From sequence record MN710383.1: a DNA stretch of 10,061 nt. The stretch is one strand, 5' to 3'. Positions 6,252-10,061 of the stretch are shown in pieces. The notes below the pieces were generated by a model that was not told where the DNA came from, searched no databases, and saw only the letters and a program-made list of their open reading frames with translations. Each line of letters starts with the position of its first letter. Position 1 is the first letter of the stretch. The translations under genes were made by a program, and so were the position numbers. The stretch comes from Pseudomonas phage pf8_ST274-AUS411.

Positions 6252-7535
6252 GTGTCGATCAAGATCCACCACGGCCCCAATGGCTCCTACAAGACCTCAG
6301 GCGCGATTCAGGATGACGCCGTGCCCGCGCTGAAAGACGGGCGGGTGATCATCACCAACGTGCGCGGCTTCACCCTGGAGCGGGCCTATCAGGTTTTCCC
6401 GGACCTGCCCAACACGGCGGAAATCATCAATCTCGATCTGGAGTCGCTGGAAGACCTCGAAAAGATGCGCACGTGGTTTCAGTGGGCGCCCCGCGGGGCC
6501 TTCCTGATCTTCGACGAAACCCAACTGCTGTTTCCCAAGTCCTGGCGGGAAAAAGACCTCGAGCGCTTCGACTACCCCGGTGGACCGGAAGCGGCCCACG
6601 CGGCCGACCGCCCCATGGGCTGGCTCGACGCCTGGACCCGGCACCGGCATTTCAACTGGGACATCGTCCTCACCACGCCGAACATCTCCTACATCCGCGA
6701 TGACATCCGCATGACCTGCGAGATGGCCTACAAGCATTCCAACCTCGCGGTGATCGGCATCCCTGGCCGCTACAAGGAGGCCCAGCATGACGCCCAACTC
6801 AACCGTCCGCCCGCCGATGGCACCATCATCGAATACAAGCGGATCCGAAAGCAGACCTTCGCCCTCTACCAGTCCACGGCCACCGGAAAGACCCAAGACA
6901 CCAAGGCGGGCAAGAGCCTCTTCCGGTCGCCTAAGCTGGTTCTTCTACTGGCATTGCTGGCCGGCACTATTGGCTTTGTTAGCTATATGGGGCCAATGCG
7001 GGTTATTGGTGCTAAGCCTGATCCGGCGGCTTCCGCGCCTACTCCTAAGCCTCTTCCGACCGCTACTGCGCCTGCTGCTGTGGCTGCTCCAGCGCGTCCT
7101 GCTGCGAATAGCTTTCTTCCTCCTGGGCTTGTACCTGATGGGCCTGCTGCTGCGCCTGTTGATCTGAACGCCCATCCCTTCGCCGATCGGCGGATTTCGA
7201 TCCTCGCCCACGCCTACATGCCGTCGAAGGGCGATATCTACATGTTCGCCCTGGATGACCCTGCCGGCCGGCACCTGGAACTCACCAGTTGGCAACTCGT
7301 GGGATCCGGCTACGCGATCAAGCCACGCGGCGAGTGCGTGGCCGAACTGCTCTACGGGGAATGGGAGGGGACCGTCACCTGTGCCGGCTCCTCGGTCCGG
7401 CCGGTGGCGGTCGCTGGCGTGCCGCCGTTGCTCAACCTGCCGCCACCGGCAGCGGGCGCCCGCGAACCTGACAAGGTGCCGCTGACCATCGTCCCCGATT
7501 CCGAATACGCCTCGCGGCCCTGGAGGCAGAAATGA
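6252..7535 (+). CDS. zot: Zot-like assembly protein pI (PA0726-like)
   Basis: 427 aa. A GTG start at 6252 follows a GGGAGGTGA Shine-Dalgarno. The N-terminus [18 protein letters not shown] is a P-loop-like Zot N-terminal domain. An internal transmembrane segment [18 protein letters not shown] follows. The Pro/Ala-rich linker shows a local shift to T-ending codons at about 6925-7165. Confidence 0.95.
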   Translation: MSIKIHHGPNGSYKTSGAIQDDAVPALKDGRVIITNVRGFTLERAYQVFPDLPNTAEIINLDLESLEDLEKMRTWFQWAPRGAFLIFDETQLLFPKSWREKDLERFDYPGGPEAAHAADRPMGWLDAWTRHRHFNWDIVLTTPNISYIRDDIRMTCEMAYKHSNLAVIGIPGRYKEAQHDAQLNRPPADGTIIEYKRIRKQTFALYQSTATGKTQDTKAGKSLFRSPKLVLLLALLAGTIGFVSYMGPMRVIGAKPDPAASAPTPKPLPTATAPAAVAAPARPAANSFLPPGLVPDGPAAAPVDLNAHPFADRRISILAHAYMPSKGDIYMFALDDPAGRHLELTSWQLVGSGYAIKPRGECVAELLYGEWEGTVTCAGSSVRPVAVAGVPPLLNLPPPAAGAREPDKVPLTIVPDSEYASRPWRQK

Positions 7536-7633
7536 TCGATTGGGAATTCCTCGTTCCGGTGGCTATGGGCTGGGCGCTGCATCACTGGTGGACGGTGATG
7601 ACGGCGCTAGCGGCGGTAGGGGCGCCGCCATGA
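7532..7633 (+). CDS. Candidate 33-aa hydrophobic peptide translationally coupled to zot
   Basis: Its ATG at 7532 overlaps the zot TGA (ATGA). A GGAGG Shine-Dalgarno at 7522-7526 sits 5 nt upstream. It translates to [33 protein letters not shown], a single transmembrane helix. Confidence 0.35.
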   Translation: MIDWEFLVPVAMGWALHHWWTVMTALAAVGAPP

Positions 7634-7763
7634 GGGGCGGGCCGCGCCGCCGGCCGGGAGCGCAAGGCATGAGCGATAGGCCGAAGGCGCGGCCGACGCC
7701 CCTGTAACACGTCAGATAAACGCCCTGTGTTTTGGACATTAATGGACATTGCTGGGTAAGCCC
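7634..7763. promoter_or_regulatory. Intergenic region upstream of the replication gene. It is a candidate rep promoter, XisF site and origin region.
   Basis: GC-rich small hairpins are present, for example GGCCG-N6-CGGCC at about 7689-7704. A direct repeat TGGACATT occurs at 7733-7740 and 7743-7750 with 10-bp spacing. It shares the 9-mer AATGGACAT with the operator region at 2030-2038. Confidence 0.5.
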
Positions 7764-7904
7764 ATGAAGAAAGTGAAACCGATTCATCAAAACCGCCTCC
7801 TGTTGCAACCCGACGGGCAGTTGCTGGATTCCCCCAAGGGACGGCTCTTCGTTGATTCCATAACGGGGGCGTTCACCGACCTGTCAGGCGTGCGCATCCT
7901 GTGA
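7764..7904 (+). CDS. Candidate 46-aa upstream ORF whose stop lies 1 nt before the rep ATG
   Basis: Translates to MKKVKPIHQNRLLLQPDGQLLDSPKGRLFVDSITGAFTDLSGVRIL. Its TGA at 7902-7904 is followed by A and then the ATG at 7906. The rep ATG itself has a poor Shine-Dalgarno, which suggests translational coupling. It has no strong Shine-Dalgarno of its own. Confidence 0.3.
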   Translation: MKKVKPIHQNRLLLQPDGQLLDSPKGRLFVDSITGAFTDLSGVRIL

Positions 7905-7905
7905 A

Positions 7906-8898
7906 ATGGGTCTGATCCTGCTAATCAAGAATCACAACATCAAGGTCGATACCCTTGGCTCGCACCTCAAGATCGAGGTATCGCCCCACGCCCTCGACGG
8001 CGCCGACCCGCGCATCCTCCAGGGTGTGCTGGATGATTTGGCCGCTGCCGTGCTGAGTCACTGCGAAACCAACCAAGCCGCTGTGCACATCGCCCTGGAC
8101 GTACAGGGCTGGAAACCGCCTCGTGATCTGGTGGACCGCATGCATTGCCGCTCGCGTCGGGTGCGACAAATCAGCGGTATCGAGCGGATCGAATTCGACG
8201 GCAACGCCTCGGTCTACGGACGTGGCGAGACGTACATGTTCGGCTCGGCTAACGGCCTGCAACTGTCGATCTATAACAAGACCCTCCAGGCTCGGGCCAC
8301 CGACAAGCTCGACTATTGGGAAAGTGTGTGGGCGTCTCTGAACGGCGATCCGTTCGGCGATGGCGACCCAGCCTATAACCCCCTGGAGACGGTCTGGCGC
8401 ATCGAATTCCGCTTCCATCACTCGGTGGTGCAACAGTTCTCCGAAGGCTCGCGGATGGCCTCCGGGGAGGTTATGGGCTGTCGCACCTATGAGGGGCTTT
8501 GCCCGCATCTGCAAGGGCTGTGGGGCTACGCCTGTGAAAGCTTCAAGCTGCTGAGCCGGACGGCGGTATACGATCCGTTCTGGAGCCTGATCAGCCAGGA
8601 CGCCCGTGTACAGGTCGAGTGCGATCCGCTGATCGAGCACGCTGAGTACCGGCGCTATTACAAGACCGCCAAGGGCTTTAGCGGGCGCAACTGCGAGATG
8701 TTCCTCGGCCAGTTCGTGAGCCTGATTGCGCGGGAGCGGATTCCCGCAAAAAAAGCGATTGAGTCCGCCCGCAAATTGGAGTTCTGGCACGTTATCGAAG
8801 ACCACTATCTCGCCAAGGGTTGGACTCGTCGCGATCTGGAAAGGCACATACACAAGCTGATGTGTGATCGGTATCTACGGCGGGGATACGCGATCTGA
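7906..8898 (+). CDS. Rolling-circle replication initiator, Rep_trans / phage CRI family (PA0727-like, gII analogue)
   Basis: 330 aa. Motifs: VHIALDV; LSIYNKTLQ (candidate catalytic Tyr in the YxK context of the Rep_trans family); ...YW...VWRIEFRFH (the W-R-hydrophobic-E motif of this family). Its stop overlaps the integrase ATG (TGATG). Confidence 0.8.
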   Translation: MGLILLIKNHNIKVDTLGSHLKIEVSPHALDGADPRILQGVLDDLAAAVLSHCETNQAAVHIALDVQGWKPPRDLVDRMHCRSRRVRQISGIERIEFDGNASVYGRGETYMFGSANGLQLSIYNKTLQARATDKLDYWESVWASLNGDPFGDGDPAYNPLETVWRIEFRFHHSVVQQFSEGSRMASGEVMGCRTYEGLCPHLQGLWGYACESFKLLSRTAVYDPFWSLISQDARVQVECDPLIEHAEYRRYYKTAKGFSGRNCEMFLGQFVSLIARERIPAKKAIESARKLEFWHVIEDHYLAKGWTRRDLERHIHKLMCDRYLRRGYAI

Positions 8899-9938
8899 TG
8901 GCGATCACCAAGCTTGAGGATGGCCGCTGGCTGGCCGACGTTGAACCGATCAAGGGCAAGCGTTTTAGGAAGCGTTTCAAGACCAAGGGCGAAGCCCAGC
9001 GGTTCGAAGCCACCGTGCGGCAAAGGACCATTGAAAACCCGGCCTGGACACCAAGGCCGAAGGATCGTCGATGCCTGTCTGAGTTGGTGACCCGTTGGAC
9101 GTTACTCCACGGCCACGCCCTGACGGACGCTGACCGTCGTTCCCTGGTGCTGCGCAAGATGGCGGAACGCATGGGCGACCCCATAGGCTCGGTGGTAACC
9201 GGGAACATCTTCACCGAGTATCGGGCCAGACGCCTTGCGTCAGGCATCAGCGGCAAGACCTTGAACAACGAACTGGGCTACCTGCGGTCGCTGTTCAACG
9301 AACTGCACCAGTTGGGTGAAATCGACTATCCAGACCCGCTGGCCAAGGTGAAGGCGATCAAGCTGCAAGATCGAGAGTTGACCTACCTGACCCGCCAGCA
9401 GATAGAAACGCTGTTCCGTGCCCTCCGGGAACATTGCAAGACGCCTCATGTGGAACCCGTCGCCCTGGTCTGTCTGGCTACCGGTTGCCGCTGGGGTGAA
9501 GCTCAAGGGCTGACCCTGGATCGGGTCCGGGATGGAGCGGTGCAGTTCGTTAACACGAAGTCAAAGCGTCGCCGCTCGGTCCCGATACCTCCAGAACTGG
9601 AACAACGCCTGCACTCGCACCTGCGCCGCTACGGCAAGTTCTCCAACTGCCGCGACAGCTTCGACTTCGCCGTGAAGATGTCCGGCGTCGCCCTCCCCCG
9701 TGGGCAGAAATCGCATGTGCTCCGCCACACGTTCGCCTCGCACTTCATGATGAACGGCGGCAATATCCTGACCCTGCAAAAGATTCTCGGGCACTCGTCG
9801 CTGACCATGACCATGCGGTATGCGCACCTCGCCCCGGACTTCCTGCAAGACGTGATCAGACTCGGCCCGCTGAAAGACTTTCGACACTTCTTCGACACGA
9901 CGGATTTTTCGACACCGGCGGAAACGCTGGAAGCCTAG
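8898..9938 (+). CDS. int: Tyrosine recombinase / phage integrase
   Basis: 346 aa. The C-terminal catalytic region has TGCRWGEA (Arg), HVLRHTFASHFMMNGGNILTLQKILGHSSLTMTMRYAHL (the HxxR...H...RY box with catalytic Tyr). The gene ends 27 bp from the tRNA 3' end. Confidence 0.95.
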   Translation: MAITKLEDGRWLADVEPIKGKRFRKRFKTKGEAQRFEATVRQRTIENPAWTPRPKDRRCLSELVTRWTLLHGHALTDADRRSLVLRKMAERMGDPIGSVVTGNIFTEYRARRLASGISGKTLNNELGYLRSLFNELHQLGEIDYPDPLAKVKAIKLQDRELTYLTRQQIETLFRALREHCKTPHVEPVALVCLATGCRWGEAQGLTLDRVRDGAVQFVNTKSKRRRSVPIPPELEQRLHSHLRRYGKFSNCRDSFDFAVKMSGVALPRGQKSHVLRHTFASHFMMNGGNILTLQKILGHSSLTMTMRYAHLAPDFLQDVIRLGPLKDFRHFFDTTDFSTPAETLEA

Positions 9939-9965
9939 AGCAGCAAGGGCTGTGGAAGGGGGATA

Positions 9966-10061
9966 TGGCGGAAGGCAGTGGGAGTCGAACCCACCCAGGA
10001 ACGGCTGCCGTCCCCCACCGGATTTGAAGTCCGGCCACGCCACCGGGCGTGATTGCCTTCC
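9966..10061 (-). tRNA. selC: tRNA-Sec (selC), anticodon UCA
   Basis: The minus-strand sequence is GGAAGGCAATCACGCCCGGTGGCGTGGCCGGACTTCAAATCCGGTGGGGGACGGCAGCCGTTCCTGGGTGGGTTCGACTCCCACTGCCTTCCGCCA. It has an 8-bp acceptor stem GGAAGGCA/TGCCTTCC. The D arm has a 6-bp stem CACGCC/GGCGTG with a 4-nt loop. The anticodon loop is CTTCAAA (anticodon TCA), followed by a long variable arm and the T-loop GGTTCGACTCC, with an encoded CCA. Its overall layout closely parallels E. coli selC. Confidence 0.9.

Larger units (their letters stand above)
1..9992. mobile_element. Pf1/Pf4-like filamentous (Inoviridae) prophage. The left boundary lies outside the window, and the right end abuts or overlaps the 3' end of tRNA-Sec.
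   Basis: The gene order matches Pf1/Pf4: repressor, excisionase, ssDNA-binding protein, PfsE, PA0722-like protein, CoaB, CoaA, pVI-like protein, Zot/pI, Rep and integrase, with the integrase 27 bp from a tRNA 3' end. No direct repeat of the tRNA 3' end was found inside the window, so attL is not visible here. Confidence 0.8.

Noticed and set aside
6787-7167. 126-aa +1 frame ORF inside zot with a Leu-rich tail
   Set aside because: It is most likely a by-product of the GCT/CCT/CTT-rich linker read out of frame. It is kept only as a note under the codon-usage finding.
7921-8853. 310-aa minus-strand ORF antisense to rep
   Set aside because: The plus-strand frame carries the Rep_trans motifs (IYNK, WRIEF) and is start/stop-coupled to the flanking genes, so the antisense ORF is treated as a GC artefact.
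9561-10043. 160-aa minus-strand ORF overlapping the integrase end and the tRNA
   Set aside because: It overlaps a confident tRNA and the integrase catalytic domain.
1-10061. CRISPR arrays and IS elements
   Set aside because: No regularly spaced repeats of 25 nt or more and no transposase-like ORFs were seen. The only repeat arrays are the operator heptamers/octamers and the coaA triplet repeats.

Overview
This window is almost entirely a Pf1/Pf4-like filamentous (Inoviridae) prophage of Pseudomonas. It sits next to a tRNA-Sec (selC) gene on the minus strand, and the window ends exactly at that tRNA's 5' end.

Reading left to right:
- A visibly AT-rich cargo gene (1..1539, minus strand) encodes a 512-aa protein with an N-terminal ParB/Srx-fold domain of the DUF262/DGQHR type (FQRE and VIDGSHRLSA motifs) and a C-terminal Cys-flanked HNH nuclease motif.
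- A P2 C-like repressor (Pf4r-like, minus strand) and an XisF-like excisionase (plus strand) face each other across an operator region full of CATAGTCC repeats.
- Two or three small genes of unknown function follow.
- The Pf core is complete: ssDNA-binding protein, a 30-aa PfsE superinfection-exclusion peptide (absent from the ORF track), a PA0722-like protein, major coat CoaB with a strong terminator after it, CoaA with a Gly/Asp tandem-repeat linker, a pVI-like protein, and the Zot/pI assembly ATPase.
- Two short unannotated ORFs lie after zot, then a Rep_trans rolling-circle initiator and a tyrosine integrase 27 bp from the tRNA-Sec 3' end.

The most interesting element is the low-GC ParB-like+HNH gene in the variable cargo position beside the repressor. 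It looks like a single-gene, GmrSD/SspE/BrxU-like (type IV restriction-like) defence nuclease carried as a moron by the filamentous prophage. All family assignments come from motif-level reading of the sequence, not from database searches.
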